DNA from: Mobula hypostoma | Taxonomy: Eukaryota | DNA length: 64,000 bases | NCBI RefSeq assembly: GCF_963921235.1 | Contig: NC_086097.1 | Span: 232,440,001 to 232,504,000, forward strand | Direction: 5' to 3' | Shown here: positions 12,919-25,600 of the stretch, piece after piece | How positions within the stretch are numbered: position 1 is the first letter of the stretch | How the letters are laid out: every line of letters begins with the position of its first letter | Program-made: the position numbers and the translations under genes | Notes under the pieces: generated by a model | The model's database searches: none | What the model saw: only the letters and a program-made list of their open reading frames with translations | What the model was told of the DNA's origin: nothing

Positions 12919-13479
12919 GCAAAAATCAATCCATTCCTTGAGCAATCCAAACTGGGTGGACCAAAAATGACAAAAAAGCTCGTTGAAATTAAGACTGATG
13001 CTGCCTACCCACCCCCATGTACCAGGGTGGCAAAAAGGAAAAAAATGGAAGATGAGGATGATTCTGCCACTAATTGTGAAAAGCCTTCATTTAATAAAGA
13101 AAATCTTCCATCAACAGGTGTTTCTCTGGATGATAATGTTGACAAGCCTTTGGACTTATCTGATCATGTTTCTAGTGGCCGATTGGAAGATAGAAGTTAT
13201 GGAAAAGATGCAGTGGATAATAAATCAATTAAAGTTTCTCTGCCAGAATCCCTAAAAATAAATTTAAAGGCCATCAATCTCAGAAGAGCCTGCAATGGAT
13301 TAACCAAGGATTCTCAAGGTGGTGCTGCTTATCTACAAGAAACCTTTGAGGCATCACATTCTGATAGATTTCAGGATACTAAAGAGAAAATTGTGAAAAA
13401 TGGAGGAGGTGGAGATTTGTCTGATAACAGAAAACCTGGTAACTCTACTCAGAATGAACAAGGCTTTAGTGACTCGAAG
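12919..13479 (+). CDS. RBBP8: CtIP/RBBP8 large exon with KEN box and CtBP-binding PLDLS motif
   Basis: cccaag|...|gtatgt, phase 0 to 0. Contains ORF 12967 with KRKKMEDE, SFNKENL and DKPLDLSD. Confidence 0.93.
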
Positions 13480-14087
13480 GTATGTTTAATGTTAGGTAAC
13501 CCCTCTGGGAATGTGTTGTACCTTCTCAATGCAGGATAAGAGATTAATATGAAAATCATGCTCATTTAATTAGTTACTCACCCTTGAGCCTATTCTGCCA
13601 AAGGGATGGAGCATGATCATTGGAATTGGTTTATTAGTGTCACATGCTGAGATACAGTGGAAAAACTTAGTTGTACAGATCATTTAAAACATAAAAACAA
13701 TAGCAGAATACAGAAGAGTATAGTGTTTCAGTTATAGAGAAGTATAGAGCTAGTAGACAATAAGGTGGAAGGATCCGCAGTGAAGTAGATTGTGAGATCA
13801 AGAGTTCATCTTTTACATACACCTATTTTAAGAGTCTTACGACAGCAGGGTAGAAGCTGATTTGAATCTAAGGATGTGTACTTTCAAGTTTTTTTTTAAT
13901 CTTTTCCCATTGGAATGGGGGTGAAGAGAGAATGTCTAGAGTGGGAGAGGTCTTCTGAAGCAAAGAGGTGTATGGACACAGTCGGTGGCGGAGAGGCTGG
14001 TTTTCATGATAAACTGAGCTGTGTCCACAATTCTCTGCAATTTCCAAACGGTGCAAAAAGATACATGAAAGGGGCAAGATACACAAG

Positions 14088-14180
14088 AGAAGGGTCTTGG
14101 CCAAAACCATCGACTATTTATTTGTTTCCATGGATGCTGCCTGACCTGCTGAGTTCCTCCAGCAATTTGTGTGTGTTGAA
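14088..14180 (+). mobile_element. Penelope-like 3' repeat fragment
   Basis: gaagggtcttggccaaaacc...gatgctgcctgacctgctgagttcctccagca...tgtgtgttg. Confidence 0.7.
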
Positions 14181-15454
14181 AAAGATTCAATTCCCCTGTT
14201 AAAGACTCTTAAATGAATGTTTTGTACGTTAAAGATCTCAACCTCTGCAGCATATTGGGAGTTTAAAAATGCAATCAATGTAAATGCAGAACTTGTTCTT
14301 TGACTCTCTTGAGTTCTAGCTGGAGGGAGACATGGAACCGGTGAGCTCGCAGGGTATATTCTGTGCCAGGTTGGTGTTGCAGAGTGGCAGTAAAAATAAC
14401 TTGCTTCTATTTTACTCTTTCCCCATCCCAGCTGGAAGAGTGGAAGCTCCAGGAAAACACACTTGAGAGTGGGGAGAAAAGAAAACATTAATTCAAAGGC
14501 CCCATAGATAGGATAAGATGTGACACTGGGAAGCTTAGTCCTGAAATTCTGTGCAAGTTTGAACAAATATTAATCGTATGAATAGAATATACATTTAAAT
14601 CATGGCATCTGGCCACTTTTAGAAATTTAATTTATAATTTCATGATTTCATAAACTATTGTTTGCATGTTTTGTGCCTAAAAATCAAAGAAGTATTTTGA
14701 AGTTTTGTAAAAGGAAACATGCCAGCCAATTTATACACAAACAATAATATCAATAATGTAATAGTAATAAAACCATCATTGCTCTTCTTCTGAGTACTCC
14801 CACAGGATCTCTTGCAGGGTATAATGTTCACAGTACTGACAAAGGTTTGCCTGGTAAGCTTTAGTGAGGCAGTAGAGTGTCTGCAAGTTTAATACAAAAC
14901 TAGTAATAACATGTTTACCTTAACACCTAATGAAATACATTTTACAGTATAGCTGGAGGCATACACAGAACAGTCTGATAGAGGTAGAATTAAAAATAAT
15001 AGGCAAGGGTCCAGGCAAATACTATTAGAATCATGGAATCTTTTATTTCACCTGAGAAGGCAGGGAGTGCCCCTCTTTACCATCTTATTCCAAATCAGAG
15101 TACTTCCTTTAATGCCAGCTAGTTTGTTTTCAATTTAAAGAGTGGGTCCAAAGCTATAGGTTTCAGGCGCAGTGGAGGCAGTGCCAGCACATGTGGGAGG
15201 AGAGAGGGTTTGGGAATTCTTTGAAGGTAAGCGTGGAGGTACAAAGACATTATCAAGGGGTGGTACTGAGAATGAAACCGAAGTACTGGAGAACAAGAAA
15301 GGCAGGTCAGTGACAGGGTAAAGCAGAAAAAACACGGTGATCAGTGAGTTTGGGATTAAAAGGGGTGGGAAAGACTACAGGAATTTGAGAGACTGAATTG
15401 GGGGTGGGTGTAGCCCTATCCCTTAGACTGAATTAATAGAAAAATAGAACTCCA

Positions 15455-15712
15455 CTATGGATGGTCCCAAGCCTGGCTGTGAAAGGAGGGTTGGGCATTG
15501 GGCTAGCAACGCCAGCCCATAAAAACCCAGAGCAACAGAAGCTCCAAAGACCTCATTCCTGGGAGAGGAAGGATCTTCGCCTTGGAGACGTATGAAGTCG
15601 TGTGGTGAAAGCAGAAGCCAAAGGCCAGTTAACCTTTGGCCAGGACAGAGGACTCTGGCGAACTGCTGTCAATGGCCTATGCCCAGTAGGGTTAATGGGA
15701 TTAAGAAGAAGT
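15455..15712 (+). mobile_element. Short RTE-derived non-autonomous element (5' end fused to 3' end)
   Basis: RTE-like 5' motif gggttgggcattgggctagcaac, then QDRGLWRTAVNGLCP-like 3' coding remnant and (AAG)n tail. Confidence 0.5.
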
Positions 15713-16292
15713 GCAGATATTACACTGTTACAGATAGCTTACAGTCTGTTACCAAAGTAAAAATAGTAGCAAGAAAGTAATTGAAAGCCAGTTCTGGCAT
15801 GATTAAGAACGTGAGTTGGAGTTTTGGCAAGGGAGGGGAATATACAGGAGCATATATCAAAAAATATCAGTGGTTAGTGAAGGTTGCTTGAACATTATTT
15901 GTTTAAGGTGTAGAGCAGGTCAAAGAGTTTTGGTTACTGTTTGATCTTGGAATCTAACAGCATATTAAAGTTTTATACCTATGGTCTTGTCTGAAGTTGT
16001 AGCTGGGGAGGCTACTTGGCTCTGGGCAAGAAATTGTGTTTTGCAGGAGCAGTTCTATGCCATCAGTCCAAATTGTAAGCTTCCAAAACTTTTTCTGTCA
16101 GCTATTTGAACCTGAAATGAAAGTTTTAAAAAGATTCTTTATCAAAATCGGGAATGGAAGAGAAAAAAGGGTTGAAGAATTTTTAAAAAATACTACCAGG
16201 CAGGTACAGCAGGCAGTTAACAAAGAAATGGCATCTAGGTCTATAGTGGAAAGGGTTTGGAAGTTGGAAAGGGCAGTTATATGACATGTATG

Positions 16293-16758
16293 TTAGACCA
16301 TAAGGCCATAAGGCATAGGAGCAGAATTAGGCCATTTAACCCATTGAGTCTGCTCCGACTTTCCACCACATTCCACTCCGACTTTCCACCCGGATTCCAC
16401 TCAACCCCATACACCTGCCTTCTCGCCATATCATGTTAACCCCTTCATTCCTGGAATCATCCTCGTGAACCTCCTCTGGACTCTCTCCAATGACAACACA
16501 TCCTTTTTGAGACATAGGGCCTAAAATTGTTGACAATACTCCAAGTGTGGCCTGACTAGTGTCTTATAGAGGCTCAGCATTATCTCCTTGCTTTTATATT
16601 CTATTCCCCCTGAAATAAATGCAAACATTGCAATTGCTTTCTTTACCACAGACTCGACCTGTAAATTAACTTCCTGGGGGTCTTGCACGTGGACTCCTAC
16701 GTCCCTCTGCACCTCTGATGTTTGAACCTTCTCCCCATTTAGATAATAGTCCGCACTA
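16293..16758 (-). mobile_element. Internally deleted CR1 fragment
   Basis: YKTLVRPHLEYC remnant and CR1 3'UTR. Confidence 0.8.
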
Positions 16759-17098
16759 AGATTGAAGTTAATAACTCATCTCATTCTACCCTAGGCCATG
16801 AACTTATCAGTTACCCCGATGAGTTATTAACTTCAATTTTCCGCATAATCACTCAAAGAGTTGAACTGCATGTGCATGTAACAAGAGCTGTATAACTCAT
16901 CTCTTTCTACCTTAGGCAACGAACTTATCAATCACCCCTGCTGTGGACATTTTCTGGAGGTCCAAGATCCGTATGCTCCACGACCGCTGGACTAAGTGTG
17001 TACATGCAGGAGGGAACTATATTGAAAAATAAATGAGCTAGGTTTCAAAAATTGACTCCTTCTACCTTAGGCCACAAACTTATCAATCACCCTTCATA
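16759..17098. mobile_element. Mariner-like non-autonomous element with three TIR-like motifs
   Basis: Three copies of ttctaccttaggccacgaacttatcaatcaccc-like sequence; the last is followed by TA. Confidence 0.55.
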
Positions 17099-17099
17099 T

Positions 17100-17470
17100 A
17101 AGAGGCTGAGTTAGTGGTGGGGTGGAGATATGTCTCTATCAAAGGAGATGTAAGGTACTCTTTCCCTCCGCTAGCCTGCAGGTTATATTTTGGTGAGGTA
17201 TAGTACCTGCTTAGTTCTCCGATCGGGGTCAAGTGAAGCCATGGGAGCAGGTGGCGGATGGTCTTATGAACAAGTAGGATAGTCCTACTTGTGCAACCAT
17301 TGATAAGTAGGTGTCAGTGAAGAGTATTGATAATGGCTGGGGGCATCCATCTTGTAAGGATTTTTCCCAGTAGAAGGCAATGGCAAACCATTTCTGTAGA
17401 AAACTTTGCCAAGACAATCATAGTCAAGACCATGATCACCCACGTCATATGACACGGCACGTAATGAATA
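17100..17470 (+). mobile_element. SINE-like element with RTE/BovB-type motif
   Basis: Contains gaaggcaatggcaaacca...aaaactttgccaaga, like BovB/Sauria-SINE sequences. Confidence 0.45.
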
Positions 17471-17658
17471 AATGAAGGAGGCTGAAGATGCTTTCATTTC
17501 TCATTAAATGTGAAGTATAGAGAAGTATAACACAGGAACAGGCACTTCATTTATATTACTATTTGATTATAAGACCATTCTACCATGCAATGAATATTTA
17601 TGTTTGTAATTATTTGCCTTCGGTTATTCATTTTCTTGAAACAATTTCGTATTCTCAG

Positions 17659-17779
17659 GATTTTGAAGTCAAAATTTTAAAAAGGAAAAATTCAAAAACT
17701 ACATCCAAGGAGTCTACTTCGGTGCTTCAGCCAAATCCCTGTGCGACTGTTACACTGTATATAAATGATGACAAAACTG
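17659..17779 (+). CDS. RBBP8: CtIP/RBBP8 coding exon
   Basis: tctcag|...|gtaggt, phase 0 to 1. TSVLQPNPC matches human ASVLQLNPC. Confidence 0.9.
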
Positions 17780-17949
17780 GTAGGTTAGTTTTCCCCTTGG
17801 CTAATAGCATTCGTGTAATTGAACTGGAGGTCATTATTCCTTTAATGTAACTTAAAATATTGAGAGCTACTGGATTTCATACCAACTGTGTACATGCATG
17901 AGTTAAGTGCTCCTTTATAGAGGAATAACAGTATAACATAATAACAGCA

Positions 17950-18370
17950 TTGGAAAGGGATCAGAGATTAAGGGAGCTAGGGCTTTACTCTTCAGAGAGA
18001 AGGAGGATGAGAGGAGACATGATAGAGGTGTACAAGATAATAAGAGGAATAGATAGAGTGGATAGCCAGCGCCTCTTCCCCAGGGCACCACTGCTCAATA
18101 CAAGAGGACATGGCTTTAAGGTAAGGGGTGGGAAATTCAAGGGGATATTAGAGGAAGGTTTTTTACTCAGAGAGTGGTTGGTGCGTGGAATGCACTGCCT
18201 GAGTCAGTGGTGGAGGCAGATACACTAGTGAAGTTTAAGAGACTACTAGACAGGTATATGGAGGAATCTAAGGTGGGGGCTTATATGGGAGGCAGGGTTT
18301 GAGGGTCGGCACAACATTGTGGGCCGAAGGGCCTGTACTGTGCTGTATTATTCTATGTCCTATGTTCTAA
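17950..18370 (+). mobile_element. CR1 3' fragment
   Basis: LGLYSSERRRMRGDMIEVYKI; ttctatg tail. Confidence 0.88.
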
Positions 18371-18783
18371 CATTGGTAATGTTGCTCATTGAAGAGAATA
18401 TCTTTGTTATACTGAAGGAGAAACTAAAGTAGATGAGAGAGGAAAGAGTGCTAAACATAGAACATGAGCAAGATCAGCAGTGAATACCAGAAAGGCACAT
18501 TCTGAAGTAATTTGGAGTCCCTGTAGCAAAGTGGTTTTCACTGAGTTTTGGTAGGGAGTCCTAAAATTTTGACTAAATAATGATATGTTTTTGCATCAGG
18601 ATGATGTGGATCTTGGAGGGAAACTTTGTGGTCTTTGTGCGTGCTGCTTTTATCTACTTTTTGGTTGTAGACTTTAAAAAATGGTGTCAAATGGTTGCTT
18701 GGTAATCTGGTGTCCTGTGTTCTCATCTGCATTAACTATGCTTGGTAGATGACTGAAATTTTGCACCTGTTGATAATTTTCAG

Positions 18784-18872
18784 CGAGAAAATCTGAAAAC
18801 ATTCAGTGGAGCATAGATCCAGAAGTAGACCTCTCCGATTGTAAGATGGACACTTTAGAACTGGAATTGAAG
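18784..18872 (+). CDS. RBBP8: CtIP/RBBP8 coding exon
   Basis: tttcag|...|gtaagc, phase 1 to 0. ENIQWSIDPEVDLSDCKMD matches human ENIQWSIDPGADLSQYKMD. Confidence 0.95.
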
Positions 18873-19909
18873 GTAAGCTATCATTTTAATTATTATTTTA
18901 GGTTACTTTCTCGTTCTTACTTTGAACCATGGAACTTGACAGCATAGAGAGAGATGGCTAGCTCTTTACTGGAGCAAACCAAGACTCAGCCCACAGCCTT
19001 GTTCTCTCCCCAGAATCTCCTAACCTTTTACTTTCTCAAATGTTTCCCAGGTAGAGAAGGATTTTGGTAGATTTTCATACTGCTTATTTTTGATCACATG
19101 AATAACACACTATTCATATCTAATAAGGCATAGGAATCAGCTGCTTCCAGACCATCAGCTAATTAACTATGTCTGCCAAGTACACAACCTTCTCAACGGG
19201 GTGTGGTTGGGAGGGACGGCAAAGTGAGGGAAGTACAGGTCCCAGTGTGCAAGAGTACAGGAGCTTGTCGTTTGTGTCACTGAGCAGCACTGGAGAAGGA
19301 TAGAACTGGAAGTAATGGACAGTATTGAAGCAAAGAAGTTGGTGGATAGCTTTTTAAGTAGTTGTAAAATTTTATCTATTTTATTCTTATGACATTTTTC
19401 AGTGATTTCAAAATCACTACATTTTATTTATGAACAGAAATCTAAAAATGACTACTAACAGTGGCAATATAATATAAGCAAAACCTAGAAATAATCAGCG
19501 GGTCATTCGGTATCTGTGGGGAGATAAACTTAATGTTTCAAATGGTTGGTGGTCTGTGGGAAGGTCATCCACTTGAAACATTAACTCTGTTTCTCTGTCT
19601 ACAGATGTTCTGCAGACCTGCCACTTCAGATCCTGTACTCCCCAACATTACTCAGTTACACAGTTGGCCAGGAGAATTTGCAGATGGTTTATCAATTTGT
19701 CCAAATGGGATCTTCCATTGTTTTCCAGAAAACAATAAACTTGTCTGTACTGTTTGTAGTCATAAGAAAGTTAGCAAAGGGAGTACAACAACTAGCTTTA
19801 TTTTCTTAGACAAGTAGTAAGACAGTTGCAGCACTTTTCAATTATTTATCTTGAAATTCTTGAGTTGTAATTATTGAAGGAATTGGTTGAATGTTAATTA
19901 TTCTGACAG

Positions 19910-20012
19910 CCCAACAGACAACTATGGACAGATACACCAGATATGGATTGCACTTTCGTGAGTGAAAGCATATTATTGAAAGCCAAAAAAACAAGAACAG
20001 ACTTGACCACTG
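19910..20012 (+). CDS. RBBP8: CtIP/RBBP8 coding exon
   Basis: tgacag|...|gtgagt, phase 0 to 1. DMDCTFVSESILLK matches human DMDCTLVSETVLLK. Confidence 0.94.
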
Positions 20013-20074
20013 GTGAGTAATTACGAAAGGTAATGAATTATTCTTTTGATTTATTCAAGGCTAACTTTAGTGCA

Positions 20075-20420
20075 TGAGGCATAGATAGTGGATAACTGGA
20101 GGTTTTTTCCCAGGGTGGAAATAGCTAATACTGGGGGGCATAACTTTAAGGTGATTGGAGGTAAGTATGGGGGGGGGTATCAGAGGTAAATTTTTTTACA
20201 CATGGTGGAAGTGTTCCTTGTGCAGAGTGGAACGCTCTATTAGGGTGGTGGTAAAGCAGGTACATTAGGAACATTTAAGAATCTCTTAGGTCATGGGTGT
20301 TGGAAAAATGTAGGGCTATGTAGGAGGAAAGGAAAGGGTTTGACTTAGGAGTTTGAAAGGCCAGCACAACATTGTCGGCTGAAGGGCCTGTACAATGCTG
20401 TACCGTTCTATGTTTTATAT
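20075..20420 (+). mobile_element. Degenerate CR1 3' fragment
   Basis: gaggcatagatag...gaagggcctgt...ttctatg. Confidence 0.7.
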
Positions 20421-21414
20421 GAGCAATGCTAAGAATTAATGTGAAATTCATCATCTTGAAACTTAAAGTTCACATTTCACTTTCAAAGAAATATATTTTT
20501 AAAGGTTTATACAACATCATTAGTTATTTTTTGTAGTTGAGGAGGCAGTATAAGATGTATGAGGAAATTGCAACAATAATGAAAAATATTTTCCTAAACA
20601 CGTAGTTGCTGGGAGCACCAGGAGCGTTGTACCAATTACACAATGGTAATAGGTAATAATTCTTAACCTGGACCAGCTGCAGCAAAGCAGGCTGAAGTAT
20701 TGGCAGAGAAATGTGGCTACTTTTACACGGATGGAGAGATTTGGATTTATATCAACACAAAGTTAAGAACATGAGTTTAAAAAAATCCATTTCACCCCTT
20801 CAGAATGTCCTTCCTCTTGACTCAGATTGGGTACTCTTATTATGGTTTTATTCCCCCCTGCTTAGTGCTGTAATCATTTTAGCCTGTTGATTTTCATTTT
20901 TAAAATGTGCTGTTGAACTTCTCTCAACAGCTATTTTAGGAAACACTGTTCCAGCCTTTGGAGTGAAAGTGCACTTTCTCTCAATATAATTCAGGAAATA
21001 TCACCGATTTGCCCACTGAAGTAAGATCTGTGATCAAGTATACTTGCAGGGTTTACCTATTGCACATTAATTCTAAAGCTATTTTTTTTTGTAACTAGCT
21101 GGATACATTTGAATACAAAGAATAATTGTAAACAGAACAGTCTCAATGTGACCAGTGGCAACTAACTGGATACTTACTGCAAGTATAAGTTCATGGTCAC
21201 TGTTTCCATTTGTTTTTATTATTTGCAGAATACATCAAAAGTTTAGCAATTGTACAAAATATGGAAAGAATTGTACATTGCAGAAAATTTATGAAAATTG
21301 ATGGAGTGTTGTTGAGATTTTGGTATTGATTTGGAAATTGGACCAAAATTGAGGTATTTTGTTTATTATTGCGAAATTCAAAGTGGAGAAGGCTGAGAGT
21401 GGAGTGCAAAATGA

Positions 21415-21615
21415 GTTGCAGCATGGAACAAGCCTTTCCGGCCCAATGAGCCCAGGAACCCACCTATTTAATCCTCATCTGATCATAGGACAATATGCAA
21501 TGACCAATTAACCTACTAACCAGTACGTCTTTGGACTGTAGGAGGAAACCAGAGCACCCGGAGGAAACCCATCTGGTCACGGGGAGAACGTACCACCTCC
21601 CCTTTACAGATGAAA
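21415..21615 (-). mobile_element. V-SINE/HE1-like SINE fragment (similar at ~40745-40850 and ~63600-63900)
   Basis: Reverse complement gggtttcctccgggtgctctggtttcctcctacagtccaaagacgt core with CR1-like 3' end. Confidence 0.6.
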
Positions 21616-22415
21616 TTAAATAGATTTGAGTGCTGTAAGAAAGAACATAAAGGAGGAAATTATTCACGACACTTGTCATAACATGGCCCTCTGAAAATGC
21701 TAGGCAAAACCTTCACTGAACGATCATGGAATTGAGCTCAAGTCACAGGATGTAACAAACAGTGCTTGCTCCAATTTATGGACCCCTGTATCCTATTTGG
21801 AATATGGGGTGGGTATAGGAGATGACAGGTAATCCACTGGACAGATAAAAATAAAGACAGGAAGTGTTTTTTAAAGGGCAATTCTAAATTAACTTTAGAG
21901 GTCATTAAGGTCTTCAAAGCAATAAATAAAGTGTATCCCTGACCTGTGTGGTCAGAGATATAAGCTGAAGAATAATGGGAAGAAAAAAAACCTAATGCGT
22001 AGTTGAAATGTAACTAGGTGCAAAAGCAGCATAAAAACTAATGAAGGATAAAGCCAAATTTATAATGAATTGCAAGATGATGAGGTTTTATTTTTACACC
22101 GGACTGAATTTTTGAAAAGGATTAGGTAGTTGGGGAAGACGGTCCATGATTTTACATTGTCTTGATGGATGTAAATGGACATTTCCGGTTCAATCTAATT
22201 TTTTGTTATTAAGTTAGCACAACAGTTGCTAGCTGTGATTGGTTGCCCGTTGCTGCTTTGTGAGCCGGTCCTCATTCCATCAACATGGCAGTGGTGTGCT
22301 GAGCAGTTTTGCTGTATTATTTTAAATATTTTTGTTTGAATCGGTGATACACCTTTAACTTTGACTCTAGATCACTGTAAGAGTTTTTATTCCCAACTTT
22401 CTTTTTTGGCTCAAG

Positions 22416-22526
22416 CAGGGAGACACCCCTTGACTGACAGCCTCTCTGAAATGTTTGACCGCACTGCTTATGGAGAATATGAATCATATCCTCAAGAAAA
22501 ATGTCCCCAGAAAGAACATGAAGATG
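22416..22526 (+). CDS. RBBP8: CtIP/RBBP8 coding exon (NAGNAG acceptor; alternative start 22419)
   Basis: tcaag|cag|...|gtaatc, phase 1 to 1. DSLSEMFDRTAYGEYES matches human DSLEDMFDRTTHEEYES. Confidence 0.93.
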
Positions 22527-22699
22527 GTAATCCTTAATAAAGATGAAATGTTTTGTTATAGTGATTTAGTATGTTTGTTCAGCATGTATTAGAGCTGACT
22601 AGGAAGTGCCAATTTTTATTACAAATATTTGCTTAATTCTTAGCTCAAGAAGTGGTGATAGAACTGACTTCCTGGGCTAGAAAGAGGCTAAAGTTAGCC

Positions 22700-25600
22700 A
22701 GAATGTATTTCCTCTGAAGAGAGAATACAGGGAGTTAGGTAAAAAGCTGAGAAGCAGGACCTCCAGGGTGGTAATCTCTGGATTGCGGCCTGTGCCATGT
22801 GTCAGTGAGGATAAGAAAAGGATTATTTGGCAGATGAATGCGTGGTTGACGAAGTGGCGCAGGGGTTTCAGATTTCTCCATCATTGGATCTCTTCTGGGA
22901 AGGCATCACCTGTACAAAAAGGTTTCACCTGAACCCAAGCTAGACTAAGATCCTTGACGGTAGATTTGTTAGAGCTCTTAGGGAGGATTTAACCTAATTT
23001 AGCAGGGAGTTAGGAACCAGAATGATAGTAATGAGGGATGGAGCTGTTGGTATACAAGTAGATGCAGGGTGCAGTGAGACAGTGAGGAATAACAGGCAGA
23101 TGATAGGGCAAAATTCCAGTCAATGGGATGAGTTGATGTGTAACAGAGGGCCAAAATCAAAAAGAGTGATCAATACAGCAATGAAGGTGTTATATTTGAA
23201 TGCATGCAGTATACAGAATAAGGTAGATGATCTTGTAGCACAATTACAGATTGGCAGGTACGATATTGTGGGCATCACTGAGTCGTGGCTGAAAGATCCT
23301 AGTTGGGAGTTTAACATCCAAGGTTACTGATTATATCAAAAGGACAGTCAGGTAGGCAGAAAGGGTGGGGTGGGCTTTGTTGGTAAAAACTGAAATCAAA
23401 TCCTTAAAAAGAGGTGACATAAGATTGGAAGGTGTAGAGTCCTTGTGGGTAGAGTTAAGAAACTGCAAGGGTAAAGATACCCTGAAGGGAGTTATATCCA
23501 GGACTCCAACAAATAGCCAGGATGCGGGGTACAATTTACAACAGGGGATAGGAAAGGCATGTAAGAGGGCAATGTTATGATAATGATGGAGTATTTCACT
23601 ATGCAGGTAGATTGGAAATATCGGGTTGGTGCTTGATCCGAAGAGAAGGAATTTGTAGAATGCTTATGAGATGGCTTTTTAGAGCAGTTCATGTTTGAGC
23701 CCACTCGGGAGGGGCAATTCTGAATTGGGTGTTCTGTAACGAACCAGATTTGATTAAGAAGCTTAAGGTAAAGAATCCCTTAGGAGACAGTGATCATAAT
23801 ATGACAGAATTCATCCTGCAGCTTGAGAGAGAAGATGAAGTCAGATGTATTACTATTATAGTGGAGTAAAGGGAATTACTGAGGCATGAGAGAGGAGCTG
23901 GCTAATGTTGATTGGAAGAGGGCACTGACAAGGATGTCAGCAGAACATCAATGGCTGGAGTTTCTGAGGGGTAATTGGAAGGTGCAGGATAGATACATCC
24001 CAAAGACGAAGAAATATTCTAAAGGGAAGGGAGGCAATTATGGCTGACAAGGGAAGACAAAGCCAGCATAAAAACAAAAGAGAGGGCATAAGATATAGCA
24101 AGAATTAGTGGGAAATTAGAGGATTAGGAACCTTTTCAAAAACAACAGAAAGCAACTAAAAAAGCCATAAAGGGAGAAAACATGAAATATGAAGGTAAGC
24201 TAGCCAACGATATAAAATAGGATATCCAGTTTTCTCAAAAATATATAAAGAGTAAAAGAGAGGCAAGAGTGGATATCAGACCGCTGGAAAATGACATTGG
24301 AGCGGTAGTAAAGGGGGACAAAAGAGTGGCGGCTGAACTTGATCAGTATTTTGCATCAGTCTTCACTGAAGATACTAGCAGTATGCCAGAAATGTGAGAT
24401 GGTCAGGAGGCAGAAGTGAGTGTAATTGCTATTACTAAGGAGAAGTTGCTTGGGAAGTTGAAAGATCTGAAGTTAGATAAGTCACCTGGACAAGATGGAT
24501 TACATCCAGGGTTTGTGTGGATAGTCAGAAGCTTTTTCCCAGGGCTGAAATGGCTAGCATGAGAGGGCATAGTTTTAAGGTGCTTGGAAGTAGGTATAGA
24601 GATGTCAGGGGTAAGTTTTGTACACAGAGTGTGGTGATTGCGTGGAATGGGCTGCTGGCGGTGGTGGTGGAGGTGGAAATGATAGGGTCTTTTAAGAGAC
24701 TCCTGGATGGATACATGAAGTTTAGAAAAATCGAAGGCTATGGGTAGTTCTAAGGTAAGGACATGTTCGGCACAGCTTTGTGGGCCGAAGGGCCTGTATT
24801 GTGCTGTAGGTTTTCTGTTTCTGAAAGGTAGCTAAAGAGATTGTAGAGGCATTACTAATGTCTTTTGAGGATCACTAGATTCTGGAATGGTTCTTAAATG
24901 ACTGGAAAACTGCAAATGTCTCTCCACTCTTTCAGAAGGGAGGGAGGCAGAAGTTGGGAAATTATAGACAGTTAGCTTGACTTCAGTGGTTGGGAAGATG
25001 ATGGAGTCCATTATTAAGGATGAGGTTTCAGGATTCTTGGAGGCACATGATAAAATAGGCCAAAGTCAGCATGATTTACTTGAGGGGAAATCTTGCCTGA
25101 CGGATCTTTTGGAATTCTTTGAGCAACAGTAGGCAGGATAGACAAAGAAGAGTCAGTGGATGTTGTTTACATGGATTTTCAGAAGGCCTTTGACAAGGTG
25201 CCCCGCATGAAGCTGCTTAACAAGATAAGAGCCCATGGTATTACAGGAAAGATACTGACATAAGTAGAAGGAGGCAAAGTGTGGAAATAAAGGGGGCCTT
25301 TTCTGATTGGCTGCCAGTAACTAGTGGTGTTCCACAGGGGTCGGTGCTAGTACTGCTTCTTTTCACATTTGATGTCAATGATTCGGATGACAGAATTGAT
25401 TACTTTATGGCCAAGTTTGCGGACGATTGGATGATAAGTGGAGGAGCAGCTAGTGTTGAGGAAGCAGTGAATCTGCAGAAGGAATTAGACAGATTAGGAG
25501 AATGGGCAAAGAGGGTGCTGATGGAAATTAGTATAAGGAAGAGTATAGTCATACACTTGGTAAAACAAATAAAGATGTAGACTATTTTCTAAACAAGGAG

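Noticed and set aside
12967..13539. 190-aa ORF as a stand-alone gene
   Set aside because: It is an internal RBBP8 exon running past the donor at 13479.
16352..16405. Short tandem duplication ctccgactttccacc
   Set aside because: Local slippage inside a decayed CR1 3' end with no sign of function.
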